The notes: generated by a model from the letters alone, not told the origin. Shown: positions 11,201-20,902, counted from the stretch's first letter. The stretch is DNA of 64,000 bases from Solirubrobacterales bacterium (GCA_019240305.1 JAFAYP010000521.1:818-64817), one strand, 5' to 3'. Program-made: numbers and translations.

Positions 11201-13017
11201 AGCTGGGTGACGGCCTCGGTGAGGAACGCGCCGGATCCGAGCGCCGGCTCGCAGACGGTCAAACGCAGAATGTCGGCGGCGGTCATCTCGGGATTTTCGG
11301 CAAAGAGCACGTCAAGCGCGTGGCGCACCGTGAACTCGGTGAGCACCTCGGGGGTGTAGTAGCTCGCCGAGCGCTGGCGGTCGCGGCCCGACAGGCGAAA
11401 CACGTAGTCACCCTCGTCGTAGCGCACGCGCCGCCTGGAGCCGTCGAGGGTCTCGGTCCTCACTAAGTCGCTATCGGCGAACTCGGGAGCCATGTCGACG
11501 CCGATCACCCACGACCCGTTGCCCGGGTCGCCGTCCTGGGCGACTTCGTTGAGCGGCTCGGTAGCGAGGAAGCCGCTGTAGGCCATCAGCCCCTCATAGA
11601 CTGCGCCGAGCTGGTTGATCCCGAGCGTCGAGTACGACACGGCGCGGCGCGGCTGGCCGGCCTTCTCGCTGGTGAAGCACAGGTTGGCGATCACCTGCTG
11701 GAGCACTTGGTCGGTGAGCTGAGCGCCGTCGATCAGCGGGCACCCCTCGACGCCGAACAGCCGCGAACGCAGGCCCGGAAAGACGAGCTCTCGCCGGTCA
11801 TGGTCGAGCGTCGCCTCCGCGACGTGCCCGTCGTTGACGAGCGCGAACAGGACGTCGAGCGAGCGCTGCAGATGGCGCGCGTTTCGCGCCCGGTCGCCGT
11901 GAAGCTCGACGAGCGCGACGTCGCGCAGCCGGGCCATGCCGTAGCCATCCACGTAGTCGGGGTCGTCGGTGGGGAGGATCCCGAGCTCGGGCCGTGTCTC
12001 GGCGAACAGCAGCACGATGATCCGGTACAGGTAGCGCAGGCTTTGGCGGGTGAGCTCGGCTGGATCGATCGTCATCCAAGCCTGCTTCTGCCGATGGCGG
12101 ACGTCATCGACGACGGCATTGGCGAGCAGCTCGACGCTGCGCCGGATCCCGTGGCGCAGCTGCGTCGACACGCCGGCCGACTCGTTGCTTGCGCGCTCAA
12201 GCAGCCCGGCGAGCATGCTCTGAGCTTCGACACCGGGATTGATCGCGCTCGCGCTAAACAACGCCGCGATCGCGGCGAGCTCCCCCTTCGGTCGCACGTC
12301 GCGACGGGCGAGCGCATCGTCGAGGCTTGCGCCCAGCCAGATGCCCTCGCCCCAACGCGTCCGATCGAGCAGCGTGATCGCGCCGCCGGAGACGAGCAGC
12401 ACATAGCTCGGCCCCTTGTCAGCGGTGAAGATGAGCTGCGCCGCCTGGAGCGCTGTGTGAGCGACGGCCTTGCCGCCCAGCAGCAGCGGCGCCACCAGAC
12501 GACCCGCGGGCGACGACTTGCTCGCCACCACCGCCGCGGGGTCCGCGGCGAACACGGTGTCGAGCGCGACGAGCAGCAGCCCGGTCGGCGTGTCGCAGCG
12601 GTGGGCCGCGCGCACCGCGAGCGTCTTGTCGCCGAGCACGAGCTCGATCGGCTTGTCCCGCGTGGGCGCCCACCCCAGCGCCTCGAGCAGCGCGTCGTTG
12701 AGCGCAAGCAGCGCTCGGCGACCGTCGGCGGGAAGCTGCCCGAGGTCGAGCCGTCCGTCGACGAGCGCTTCGCCGTCGGGCGAAGTCAGAGTCGCGTCGG
12801 CGCGCAGGCGACCGAAGGGGACCGAGAGGCCACGCACCCGAACGCGTTCGCTGAGCTCACCCTGCTTCTCGAGCGCGTCCCAGCGCCCGTACAGGTCGAC
12901 CAGCCCGGAGTCGAGGCGGTGCGTGAGGTAGTAGTCGGAGAAGTAGCCGACATTGCTCAGCGCCGGAATTGCCTTCCCGTTGCCGTCCGGACTGCCAGCG
13001 GTTCCCGCCCGGGCCAT
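8290..13017 (-). CDS. Large class I SAM-dependent amino-DNA methyltransferase (Eco57I/type IIG-like, DrmMI-like), ~1575 aa
   Basis: SASYYTPEVL, CEPALGSGAFL (motif I), GNPPW (motif IV). True start taken as ATG 13017 (MARAGTAG...), overlapping the SNF2 stop as TGATG. Confidence 0.9.
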   Translation of the reverse strand: MARAGTAGSPDGNGKAIPALSNVGYFSDYYLTHRLDSGLVDLYGRWDALEKQGELSERVRVRGLSVPFGRLRADATLTSPDGEALVDGRLDLGQLPADGRRALLALNDALLEALGWAPTRDKPIELVLGDKTLAVRAAHRCDTPTGLLLVALDTVFAADPAAVVASKSSPAGRLVAPLLLGGKAVAHTALQAAQLIFTADKGPSYVLLVSGGAITLLDRTRWGEGIWLGASLDDALARRDVRPKGELAAIAALFSASAINPGVEAQSMLAGLLERASNESAGVSTQLRHGIRRSVELLANAVVDDVRHRQKQAWMTIDPAELTRQSLRYLYRIIVLLFAETRPELGILPTDDPDYVDGYGMARLRDVALVELHGDRARNARHLQRSLDVLFALVNDGHVAEATLDHDRRELVFPGLRSRLFGVEGCPLIDGAQLTDQVLQQVIANLCFTSEKAGQPRRAVSYSTLGINQLGAVYEGLMAYSGFLATEPLNEVAQDGDPGNGSWVIGVDMAPEFADSDLVRTETLDGSRRRVRYDEGDYVFRLSGRDRQRSASYYTPEVLTEFTVRHALDVLFAENPEMTAADILRLTVCEPALGSGAFLTEAVTQLAARYLKAAQEESGTTIDADRYQTELQRAKAHFAVNQAYGLDLNQTAVELAEVSLWLGCMHAGLKAPWFGARLRCGNSLIGARRATYTIEQVRERAWTGKTPTPPTDLPLSMAPLGTAGGVHHFLVPGEGWGAAADAKEIKELDPEWVSAVKQWRKAIHTPPSARQVERLSGLAGRAEELWAQSAAEVDEFWQATRQHIDVWGADTAPAGSRFGEAAVQRVLQDPRSATSRLRTLMDAWCSLWLWAPADGTGLPSLDQWLMAAEGLLRVDEPWESGALFTDERDLPLPAGSGIDDVIDVHPWLARLQAIAQTQNWFHWELEFSPVFARGGFDLQVGNPPWVRPRWSDEAALAEHDPWFGLTDPIPEQARLARRAAVLEQPQAHEQYLAERAENVAIGDCLGAVTREPLLAGQQTNLYLLFITGTWRRARATGATGLLHPDGHLSDPKAARLRTSAYRRYREYFHFINELQLFTEISDTRPYGVHVYSGDRGTVDFVQAAFLYHPHVVDRSIGHDGSGELPGRKLPTGEWDIRPHRERLVRVDANTLAAWAALLAYNDPPSSPVVKSVTSAEAAAGEAIARYPDRLGGTTYFWSPGFHEQTAPRKGLIEERTAVPDSWDEVILQGPHIGICTPFAKQPRPSGRHQQDYEPWDLERLSESLIPRTNWQRLADRKTFDAEIADWDARKSTERYRLIVRRQIASNTARSVFAALLPPGPSAVSVCYLGALTDDAVTVAFAGLLAGLLSDFFVRTTGVSDLHDNVIARFPAVANDHPLLPPLLHRTLRLNCLTREFAALWEGLAGSVKPDDQFTHQTAATRSIGSLPRAWDMSVPVRGDLDRWLLLCELDALGALILGVDPAGLEAVYRSQFPVLLTYEHQMLFDANGRQLCGDWHQHGYLQARLEAEAKEAKPPGYTKIWDRVQAHQQGETNVDLGPFTPPFRPADRIAAMAHAYWTFVDRYELASPDTAERPT

Positions 13018-15926
13018 CAGCCGCCACCCTCGCTTGTCGGAACGAGCGCGCCGACGACCCGCACGAGCGGTGCGTCCGCGGGCGTATGGTCGGCGATGAG
13101 CGCTTCGATCTGGCGTGTTACGCGCTCGATGTCGCCGACGCGCCGGTGGCGATGGACATCGGAGGTGATCCCCTGCGCGCGCGTCCGCGCCTTCGCCTGC
13201 CAGTCCTCGAGTCGCAGCCGCGTCTGGCGCAGGCGTTCCTCGATCATGGCCAGCGGCGCCCGGAGGTCGTCCTCCAGCCGGGCCGCGGTGCGCTCGACGA
13301 CCGGCGACACGAGGTCCCTCAGGGCCTCGAGGTCGCCTTTCCACTCCGGGTTGACCATCCTCGCGTGGACTCCGGCGCTCCGCAGCGCCGTATGCAGATC
13401 CTCGAATGTGACCAGTCCGTCCTCGACGGTGGCAGCGAGCCAGGCGGCCGCGATCGGTTCGCCGAGCCGGTTCGACCACATACCGGAGACGAGCAGTGTC
13501 GGCTCGTTCACGGCGCAGGCGAGCGCCAGCGCCTCGTCGCGGCCCACGCGATACAGCAGCTTGTCGGCCATCCACTCCAGCACGGGATGCTGCGGACCCA
13601 GGTGATGGATCTCCGGCCATGCCGTCCCGGCCTCCTCGTCGGCGGCGCGTCGGTCGACCGCGTCGCCGAGCGACTGCTCGGCGATGTGAGGATCGGTGGT
13701 CACGCGCAGGCGCTCGGCCAGGTTGCGCTGGCGAAGGTAGGACTGCGGCAGGGCCGTGAGCCTGCGCAGCAGGTCGTCAGGCGGAGTGAACGAGAGGATC
13801 GCGCCGTCGGTTTCCCAGCCGATCGCCGACTCCGGGTCGGGGAAGGCGAGACTGACAGCGGCCGTCAGGTACTCGTCGTCGCCGGCGAACAGCGACCGCA
13901 CCGGCGCGACCGCGGCCATGGGCGGCGCGGCTCGCTCGTTCGTCGCTGAGTGCTCTGAGCCCGTTGGCGACAGGCCCGCGAACGCCCACGGATCGAAGGC
14001 GCCGGAGGCGGGGGCCGCGCGCTCGAGAGCCTGCTCGCGCTCGGCCTCGGTGCGCTTGCGCAGCGCGTCGCGCACCTGATCCTCCTCCTCGGATTCGCTG
14101 TAGAGACCCATCACCGAGCCGACGTCTCCAAGCGCCTGGTGCGCGGCGTGCTCCTTGGCGATGAGGCGGGTGATGATCCGCATGTCGGACGCGACCTCGT
14201 CGTCCGCCGGCGCGTAGATGAGGTAGCGGATCTCCGGCCGGTGGAGCTGGCCGTAGCGGTCGATCCGGCCGTTGCGCTGCTCGAGGGTGATCAGCGACCA
14301 CGGGAGGTCGACATGGATCAGGTGATGGCACTGCTTGTGGAGGTTCACACCCTCGGCGGCGATGTCAGAGGTCACGAGCACGCGGATCGGCTTCGATGCC
14401 ATCGAGAAGTCCTCGACGATTCGCTGCTGCTTGTCCTCAGGCTCGTCGGTGCTGAACGTCTGCACTTGTTCCTCGGTCATCCCCAGCGCGCTCCGCACGC
14501 CATCGGCGATCCACCCGAGTGTGCGGATCCGCTCGGAGAAGACGACGACGCGAACGTCACTCCGGCTGCTCACGCCGAGCTCGCGAAGCACCGAGACGAG
14601 CACCGCGTGCTTGGCCGGCGAGCTGTCGAGCGCAGCACCCGCGAGGCGGTGCAGACGTCGTAGCGCCGTCTCCTCGTCGTCGGCCACAGGCCGATCCGAG
14701 TCCGCGAGCGGCGCGAATCCGCGGTTGCGGACGCGATTCTCGATCGTCTCGATCAGCGCCGCCGGCGAGGAGAGCCCTGCCTTGAGCAGCGTCCACGGAA
14801 ACAGCCGATCGGAGCAGGGCGCCGTCACGTCGGGTCCGGTCCACGTCGCCGCCAGCTCGGCGAACACCGCCTCTTCCTCGGCGGTGGGCGCGACGGGGAC
14901 CGGGAGCGGCTCGGCACGCTCGGCCCAGCGGTCCCCGATCGCGGCTTCGACGCCGGGCGAGTGCTTATGTCGGCGCACCACGAGGTGCTCGATGTCGGCC
15001 GGGGTCATCGCTTCGGGGTCGGTCACCGCGGTCGGGTCAAGCAGCCCGACCAGCTCCGCGAACGCCGCCGCCTTGCCGTTGTGGGGCGTCGCAGAGGTCA
15101 AGAGCAGCGCGTCGGCGTTGGGCGCCAGCACCTGCGCGAGCTGGTTGTTGAGCGTCCCTCGGTTGACGAGCTTGTGGGATTCGTCGATCCAGACCGCGTC
15201 CCAGCGCACCTTCTCCAGGTGGTGGCGATACCGAGACGGGTTCTTGATTGTGTCGATCGAGACGATCACCCGGTTGAAGTAGGTGAATGGGTTGCGGTCG
15301 GCGGGGATTCGCTGATGCAGCCGCTGGATCCCCTCTGAGTCCAGCCGCACGAGCGGCACGCCGGCCCGGCACCACAGCTCGTGCTGCACCTGGTCGAGTA
15401 TGTGACGGGGCACGACCGCCAGGATCCGCGCCGCTCGACCCCGGCGTTGGAGCTCTGACAGCAGCATCCCGACCTCGATCGTCTTCCCGAGGCCGACCGC
15501 GTCGGCGATCAGCAGCCGGGGCTGAAGCTGCTCCATCGCGACACGAAACGGCTCGCGCTGGTAGGGGAGATCGTCGGCCAACATCGCCTGGCCGACGGTG
15601 AGCGAGTGGTCGGAGATGGGGACTGGCGTGCGCCGAATCACCGACTCCAGTACCAGCCGCGTCTCGATCCCGCGCGGCGTCGTGTCGAGTCGAAAGCTCG
15701 TCCGGGCGGGATCCTCGGGCTCGATCGCGTCCAGTTCGGAGTAGAACACGGCCGGCCGATCGGCGACCAGCTCGGACCGACCGATGCAGCGGATGATCGC
15801 TTGGGTTCCGATCGCCTGGCGCTCGACCGCCAAGACCTGCCATTCGAGGTCACGGACGATCACCCGGCTGCCCGGAGCGATCGAGCCGAGCGTGGCGGCG
15901 GTGGTGGCGAGCGCCACGGGGATCAC
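13017..15926 (-). CDS. SNF2/RapA-family helicase (DrmD-like)
   Basis: LLIADAVGLGKTIE, WIDESH, LLTSATPHNG, AAEGVNL, LEQRNGRIDRYGQ. Confidence 0.92.
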   Translation of the reverse strand: MIPVALATTAATLGSIAPGSRVIVRDLEWQVLAVERQAIGTQAIIRCIGRSELVADRPAVFYSELDAIEPEDPARTSFRLDTTPRGIETRLVLESVIRRTPVPISDHSLTVGQAMLADDLPYQREPFRVAMEQLQPRLLIADAVGLGKTIEVGMLLSELQRRGRAARILAVVPRHILDQVQHELWCRAGVPLVRLDSEGIQRLHQRIPADRNPFTYFNRVIVSIDTIKNPSRYRHHLEKVRWDAVWIDESHKLVNRGTLNNQLAQVLAPNADALLLTSATPHNGKAAAFAELVGLLDPTAVTDPEAMTPADIEHLVVRRHKHSPGVEAAIGDRWAERAEPLPVPVAPTAEEEAVFAELAATWTGPDVTAPCSDRLFPWTLLKAGLSSPAALIETIENRVRNRGFAPLADSDRPVADDEETALRRLHRLAGAALDSSPAKHAVLVSVLRELGVSSRSDVRVVVFSERIRTLGWIADGVRSALGMTEEQVQTFSTDEPEDKQQRIVEDFSMASKPIRVLVTSDIAAEGVNLHKQCHHLIHVDLPWSLITLEQRNGRIDRYGQLHRPEIRYLIYAPADDEVASDMRIITRLIAKEHAAHQALGDVGSVMGLYSESEEEDQVRDALRKRTEAEREQALERAAPASGAFDPWAFAGLSPTGSEHSATNERAAPPMAAVAPVRSLFAGDDEYLTAAVSLAFPDPESAIGWETDGAILSFTPPDDLLRRLTALPQSYLRQRNLAERLRVTTDPHIAEQSLGDAVDRRAADEEAGTAWPEIHHLGPQHPVLEWMADKLLYRVGRDEALALACAVNEPTLLVSGMWSNRLGEPIAAAWLAATVEDGLVTFEDLHTALRSAGVHARMVNPEWKGDLEALRDLVSPVVERTAARLEDDLRAPLAMIEERLRQTRLRLEDWQAKARTRAQGITSDVHRHRRVGDIERVTRQIEALIADHTPADAPLVRVVGALVPTSEGGG

Positions 15927-16112
15927 CCCGACGACGCCGGCCGACGAGCGGAGACTAGCTGCGGCAGGCGAACATCACGGCCGATGTCGAACCTCGATCT
16001 GATGATCATGACCCGGCAACCCTCGACTCGGTCCCCGGTGTCAGCGATTTGCCTCCGCACTCCAGAAAACGTATCGATCCGCAACGTCGATCAGCCGACC
16101 GCAACGACTTCA

Positions 16113-16146
16113 GAGAAGTTTGCCGGGCGATGTCGGCGAGCTTCTC
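16113..16146. terminator. Stem-loop between HARE-HTH and the helicase operon
   Basis: gagaagtttgccg-N8-cggcgagcttctc, 13-bp stem with two G.U pairs. Confidence 0.4.
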
Positions 16147-16183
16147 ATCATTACTCGCGCGAAGTGCAGGCGCGTTGCCGCAC

Positions 16184-16462
16184 TCAGGTTCTGCCGTGTG
16201 CTGCCGCCGTCGTTCTGGACGGCTCGGCGGCATACGTCCAACGCACCGACCCTCGAGCCGCCCGTCGACGACCGGGCCGGAAGTCGCGGCGCAGCCCTGC
16301 GTCCGGCGACGCACCGTAGAGCGCCGCGCTCATGGTCGCCTCCGGGGTCTTGCCCGCGGTCTGAATTAGGCCCCGAGCCAGCGCCCGCTCGGTGATCTCG
16401 TGGTTCGTGAGCGGCCGGTCGGCCTCGCGCAGGATCACAATTGCTGCCTCGAGGAAGGTCAC
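16184..16462 (-). CDS. Stand-alone HARE-type winged HTH (HB1/ASXL/restriction endonuclease HTH)
   Basis: MTFLEAAIVILREADRPLTNHEITERALARGLIQTAGKTPEATMSAALY matches the typical HARE-HTH pattern. Confidence 0.8.
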   Translation of the reverse strand: MTFLEAAIVILREADRPLTNHEITERALARGLIQTAGKTPEATMSAALYGASPDAGLRRDFRPGRRRAARGSVRWTYAAEPSRTTAAAHGRT

Positions 16463-16733
16463 CGCGTCAGCGTATTCGGTGGATGCGAAGGCCTGTCAGC
16501 CGCGCTCCCACCGGCTGTTGATCTCAACTCCATCCCCGAGGAGCAACCTTTGGCACGAGGTCGAGCATGTTGACCTCGCACGCGACGCCGTCGATGACGA
16601 AGTCGAGGTTTGCTCACGCTACGGGTGCGGCTCGTGGTCGGGCAGGTGTCGATTTAGGTAGTCGAGCGGCTCTCGCTCCGACGGGCTGATCTACGTTCAA
16701 GCGTCCTTCATACCCCTCCATCCCAGTGGGAGA

Positions 16734-17353
16734 CTATCTGGCGCGCCAGCGTCCGTAGACGACATGCGCGCGGATCGCATCGAGGGCGCGCCGAAGACTG
16801 TCAGACCGCTCCGCGGCCGTGACGGGGTTCCACGCGCGGGCACAGCTCGTGAGGAGCGCGACGTATTCCGGACCGACGTCCGTCCTGACGCCGGTCGCGG
16901 GGCAATGCCGTCGCGGATCTCCCGCCGTCTCGAGCGTCCGCACAGGGCAACGAGCGTGGCCTTCGGATCGGGGAGGGCATCGGGATTGTGCGGCAGGCGG
17001 CGGCTGGGTACGGCAAAGAACGCGCTGAACGCGTCCACGTCTGCCATTGCCCGTGACTCGATCTCGCGCACAGCCAACCGCAGGCACAACGATGGCGCAT
17101 GCTGACGAGGTCGGATGAGAGAAGCGGCCGCGTCGACTGCACATCGCGTGGATCCCGGCGTCGGATCGAGATCTCTCAACACGAGCATCTCGGTGGCGTT
17201 CGAGCCGCGGTTCCAGTGAGAGCGTAGGCGCGCATCGAGCTGTCCATGTCCGTGCTGCACGACCGGAGTGCCGGGCACGGCCCCCGCCGCGTTGATTGCG
17301 GCCTGCGCGAAACCGAGGTCTGAGTCTCCCTCGACGACGGTGAGGACGGGCAC
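16734..17353 (-). CDS. DUF4276-family (TOPRIM-like) protein, one frameshift near 16880
   Basis: VVEGDSD, LRDLD, AVREIES, PDPKATL; C-terminus VGPEYVALL...SDSLRRAL continues in another frame. Confidence 0.7.
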
Positions 17354-18512
17354 TACAGCACGGCCAGCGCGAGCTGCTCGAGGCGATCCGGGGCCGTCCG
17401 GGGGAGAACCGCCTCGGCGAGCGTTAGTCCGGCCTCAATCTCGCCGCGCACGTCGTCGCCAAGATCGGCACGCGAGCGCGACTCGCGTTCCCTCACGGTC
17501 TGGGAGCAACAGCACGACCTCGTCCAGGCCCAACCCTTCGTCTTCGAGAATCTGCTCTGCGTGCGTGCTGACGAGCACCTGGCGTCCGCGGTGTGCGGCC
17601 CGGTGCAGCAGCGTCGGCAGCGTCTTGACGACCGACGCGTGCAACGAGAGCTCCGGCTCTTCGAGCAGGACCGGTCCGAGAGTTGGCTGCCGCCTTCTTG
17701 CAACGCCCACAGCAGTCCTATCAGTCGCAGTGTCCCGTCCGAGAAGTCTCGCTCGTCCTGGCGCGCGCCGTGCGGGCGCCAGTGCTGGTAGCTGGCGACC
17801 AGGTGCGGCAGGCCCTCGTCGTCGCGGTCGAGCGTCAATTCCTGCAGCTGCGGGACGGCGAGCCGGAGCGCCTCGTTGATTCGGCGCATCTCGCGTCGCG
17901 CGTCCTCGGCGAGGTGCGCGCGATCCTCGAGAGAAAGTCGCTGCCGAACGGGTCGTCCGCGACCGAGCCGCGCCGCTCCGGATCGCGGACCAGCTGGGGA
18001 ACGAGATGGAGGTATCTGACCTCGGCGAGGAACGTCGCGAGCTCGCGGAACGGCTGGTTGGAGTTCACCTGCTCAAGCGCGGTCTGCGTCAGGCGCTCTG
18101 GATCCCTGTGGTCGTCCGCATCGGGCCGCCGCAGGCGGACCTCGCCTTGCTCTCGCACCGTCTCCTCAGACAGGACCGGTCGATGGCGGCCCCCCCGCTC
18201 GGCGCCGAATTCGAGGCGATACTCCCAGAGGCGCGGCCCGTCGTTGTCACCCACTGCGATCTGGATGAGCAAGCGGCCGTGGTTGAAGTTACGGGCGTTG
18301 AGGTTCCGGACCCGTGAGAGGCCGCCACGGGCGCTGAGCGCGGCCTGAAGCCCACCGCCCTCGCTTGCCACGTCGCGCAAGAACCGGGCTGCGTCGAGTA
18401 GGTTCGACTTGCCAGAGGCATTGGGACCGACGATGAACAAGCGTTCGGCGACCTTGAAGTCGGCCTCGTGGAAGTGGCGCCAGTTGCGGATGCTCAGGTG
18501 GGTGATGCGCAC
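17353..18512 (-). CDS. ABC/AAA_21-type ATPase, with frameshifts near 17890, 17680 and 17480
   Basis: VGPNASGKSN (Walker A), FSDGTLR (signature), LLEEPELSLH (Walker B/D-loop) and VSTH (H-loop) are spread over three frames. Confidence 0.82.
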
Positions 18513-19018
18513 GGGTCAAACAGTATCTTCGGCCACGACCGCATCTCGCTGAACACGGGCGCCGCAGCGGGCCGCATCCGGCCGGCCGGGCTGCCCCCTG
18601 GGGAGCGCACCGCCCGGGACGAACGCGTCACTGGACCCAATGGTTTCGGTCGCGGTACTTGCGGTCGGACCGCGGGCATCCGACCCCGCGCCCCGACCGC
18701 AAGTGTTGCCTTCCGCCTCAGGGCCAATCGATCGACAGAGAAGCGCCATCTTCCTATCTCGGCTGCACCGAGCAGTATGCGCATTCGGATCAAACAACGG
18801 CCGCCCAGTCGCAGCTGCTCCACGCGCTGCGCGTGCTCGGCCGCTGGCATGAGGACGAGGGCCACGAGGAGCTGAGCGACTACATGCTGGCCGCCGAGGC
18901 GCGCGTGCTTGCTGAGCAGATCACGCCGGAGCTCCGCTATTAGCCGGCGTGCGGATACCCGAGCCGAGCCAAACCGGCGTCGAGTTCTGGCTGGACTTCG
19001 AGGCGCTGACGCCTCCGT

Positions 19019-19036
19019 GTCAAACATTTGTCAAAC
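19019..19036 (+). repeat. gtcaaac direct repeat x2, candidate integrase arm-type sites
   Basis: gtcaaac at 19019 and 19030; the reverse complement gtttgac occurs x2 at 29189 and 29199. Confidence 0.45.
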
Positions 19037-19152
19037 GAACGGCTCCGAATGGGCCGATTCGCGGTCGTCACGACGACACCGCAGAACTGCCGAAACCCCT
19101 GTATCTACGGGCGTTCACCGACATCAACCCGGACCTCGCGGACGGGCCAAAC

Positions 19153-19198
<46 letters not shown>

Positions 19199-19676
19199 TA
19201 AAGAAAAACCCTCCAAATATAGGGGGCTTCTTATTGAACGGCTCAGCCATGCGCGAGATTTTGTCCCGGTTTCTTGTCCCGAGAACGGTCGCGAACGAGT
19301 CCGGCCGGTCCACCGGCAGGAAATAGCGATCAGTCAGTCGCCTCGACCGGCTCAGCTGACGAGTGCCGAGCTTTCTTTACGGGCGACGTGTACGTCCTGG
19401 TATTGGCGCGAATACGACGTCTCTCGCAGCGCCGACGCCCAGCCCCGCTTTCCTGACGCCGCACGCATCGTCCGGGCGCTTCAACTCGGCGCGGTCGCAG
19501 GCGATAGAGAATCCTCGTGGCGTCCGTTTGGCCGGGGCTTACTGCCAAATTCAGCGAGCGGGGTATATGAGACGCTGGAGCTTCAGCTTGCGCGGGCGCC
19601 AATTTCCGAGGCCACCATACGCGATCAGGGATCGTTATTCGGACAGGTTTCTGGCGGCGCACGTGGGCTGTCGAGT

Positions 19677-19961
19677 TCAGACGATCAGCTTGTGCACGGT
19701 CCAGGTCACGGGCGGTCCCCAGACCGCCGTGGCTCCGGCCCGATCGATTGCCGGCCGCAACTTCTCGTCCATGAACTGTTTTGCCTGAGCGGGTGTCTCC
19801 CAAACGCTCAGATCCCGCCATGTCGATCCGTCCGGCCCGGTCCCGGCGATGTGCACGAGGCACCCCTCCGGCAGCGGCCCGCTCAGCCCGGCCTCGGCGG
19901 CAGCCGCGTCGAACTGCGCGGCAGTCATGTCCGGTGTTTCAGCCAGCACTGCGATCGCCAT
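19677..19961 (-). CDS. Small dimeric alpha/beta-barrel (ABM-like) protein
   Basis: PEGCLVHIAG...SVWETPAQAKQF; SD gaggagg upstream. Confidence 0.65.
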   Translation of the reverse strand: MAIAVLAETPDMTAAQFDAAAAEAGLSGPLPEGCLVHIAGTGPDGSTWRDLSVWETPAQAKQFMDEKLRPAIDRAGATAVWGPPVTWTVHKLIV

Positions 19962-19992
19962 CAGATCCTCCTCGTCTTGACCTTGCCTGTCC

Positions 19993-20415
19993 TCAGCTCG
20001 CGACGCCGAGCTGGCGCATCATCGAGGCGACGTCGATCAGGCCCCAGTGCTCGCAGATCAGCCCGGCGTCGGTGAACCGACATGCATCAGCGTTGTTGAC
20101 CGAGAACGACTTCTCCGTCGGCGGGATTCCCATGAACTCGCCCCGGTGCGTTCCCTGAACCGCGTTGAACGACGTCACCATGTCGCCTTCGGCGACCATG
20201 AACGTGGTCGTGAACCGGAGATCCGGAAACGCTCCGATCAGCATCGTGAACAGCCGCTTGAATCCCTCTCGCCCGGTCGTGAACTCAGGCGGAAAGGTGG
20301 GGTCGTGGTCGGGGCGGTCGACCGTGATCAGCGCGTCGGCCGCGTCGACGTCATGCCCGTTCATCACCTTGTCGTAGAGAAGCTGGAGGCTAGCCTTGTT
20401 GCGTTCGGTGTCCAT
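19993..20415 (-). CDS. SnoaL-like ester cyclase
   Basis: AFPDLRF...VAEGDMV...GTHRGEFMGIPPT. Confidence 0.9.
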   Translation of the reverse strand: MDTERNKASLQLLYDKVMNGHDVDAADALITVDRPDHDPTFPPEFTTGREGFKRLFTMLIGAFPDLRFTTTFMVAEGDMVTSFNAVQGTHRGEFMGIPPTEKSFSVNNADACRFTDAGLICEHWGLIDVASMMRQLGVAS

Positions 20416-20434
20416 CGCTGCCCTTTCTGTGGGG

Positions 20435-20902
20435 TTAGGTCGTCGCGCCGCCGGGGATGCCGGCCCACGGATCGGGCCCTGGGTCCTGACCAGCGGCGGC
20501 CAGCTTGAGGCGGGTCAGGTAGTGGTCCCACCCCGCGGCACTGCGCTCCTGCCGTGCGGCCGACACGCCGCTGTGCACGAGCCGTAGCCTCGTGCCGTCG
20601 CCCTCGGGCGTCAGCGTGACCTCGACGATCGAGCCGCGCGGGTCGGGCGTTCCATCGGGCGCCTCCCACACCCAGGTGAACACGACCCGGTGCGGCGACT
20701 CGATCTCCAGGAACGCGCCGTGCGCAACATCGCCCGCGCCGGTCACGTCGATGCGAAAGTCCCCGCCCGGCCGCCCATCGATCTCGGCGCTGACCGCCTT
20801 CCAGACGACCATCTTCTTCGCATCGGTGAAGTAGGGAAACACGTCCTCTGGCGGCGCCTCGATGAAGATCTCGCGGACGATCGCCCCGGTCGCCTCGGTC
20901 AT
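20435..20902 (-). CDS. SRPBCC/AHSA1-domain protein
   Basis: EAPPEDVF...RVVFTW...GTRLRLVHSG...GWDHYL. Confidence 0.9.
   Translation of the reverse strand: MTEATGAIVREIFIEAPPEDVFPYFTDAKKMVVWKAVSAEIDGRPGGDFRIDVTGAGDVAHGAFLEIESPHRVVFTWVWEAPDGTPDPRGSIVEVTLTPEGDGTRLRLVHSGVSAARQERSAAGWDHYLTRLKLAAAGQDPGPDPWAGIPGGATT

Noticed and set aside
13018-13620. N-terminal 200-aa extension of the methyltransferase in the ORF track (8290..13620)
   Set aside because: It overlaps the SNF2 gene and is low-complexity Arg/Gly/Ala; the TGATG-coupled ATG at 13017 is the better start
489-15282. Long + strand ORFs such as 489..1535, 3503..5839 and 11707..13605
   Set aside because: Antisense shadows of real minus-strand genes, expected in high-GC DNA; no recognisable motifs
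1994-15926. Naming the operon canonical DISARM, BREX or Druantia
   Set aside because: No separate drmB or PLD drmC, no pglZ/brxC and no druA-D are visible; shared domains alone do not justify those names
16500-16690. Possible nuclease remnant (NLDFVIDGVACEV) on the minus strand
   Set aside because: Too short and interrupted by stops and frame changes to assign
18640-18943. Small ORF(s) between the ATPase and the att core
   Set aside because: Start and frame are ambiguous and no family is recognised
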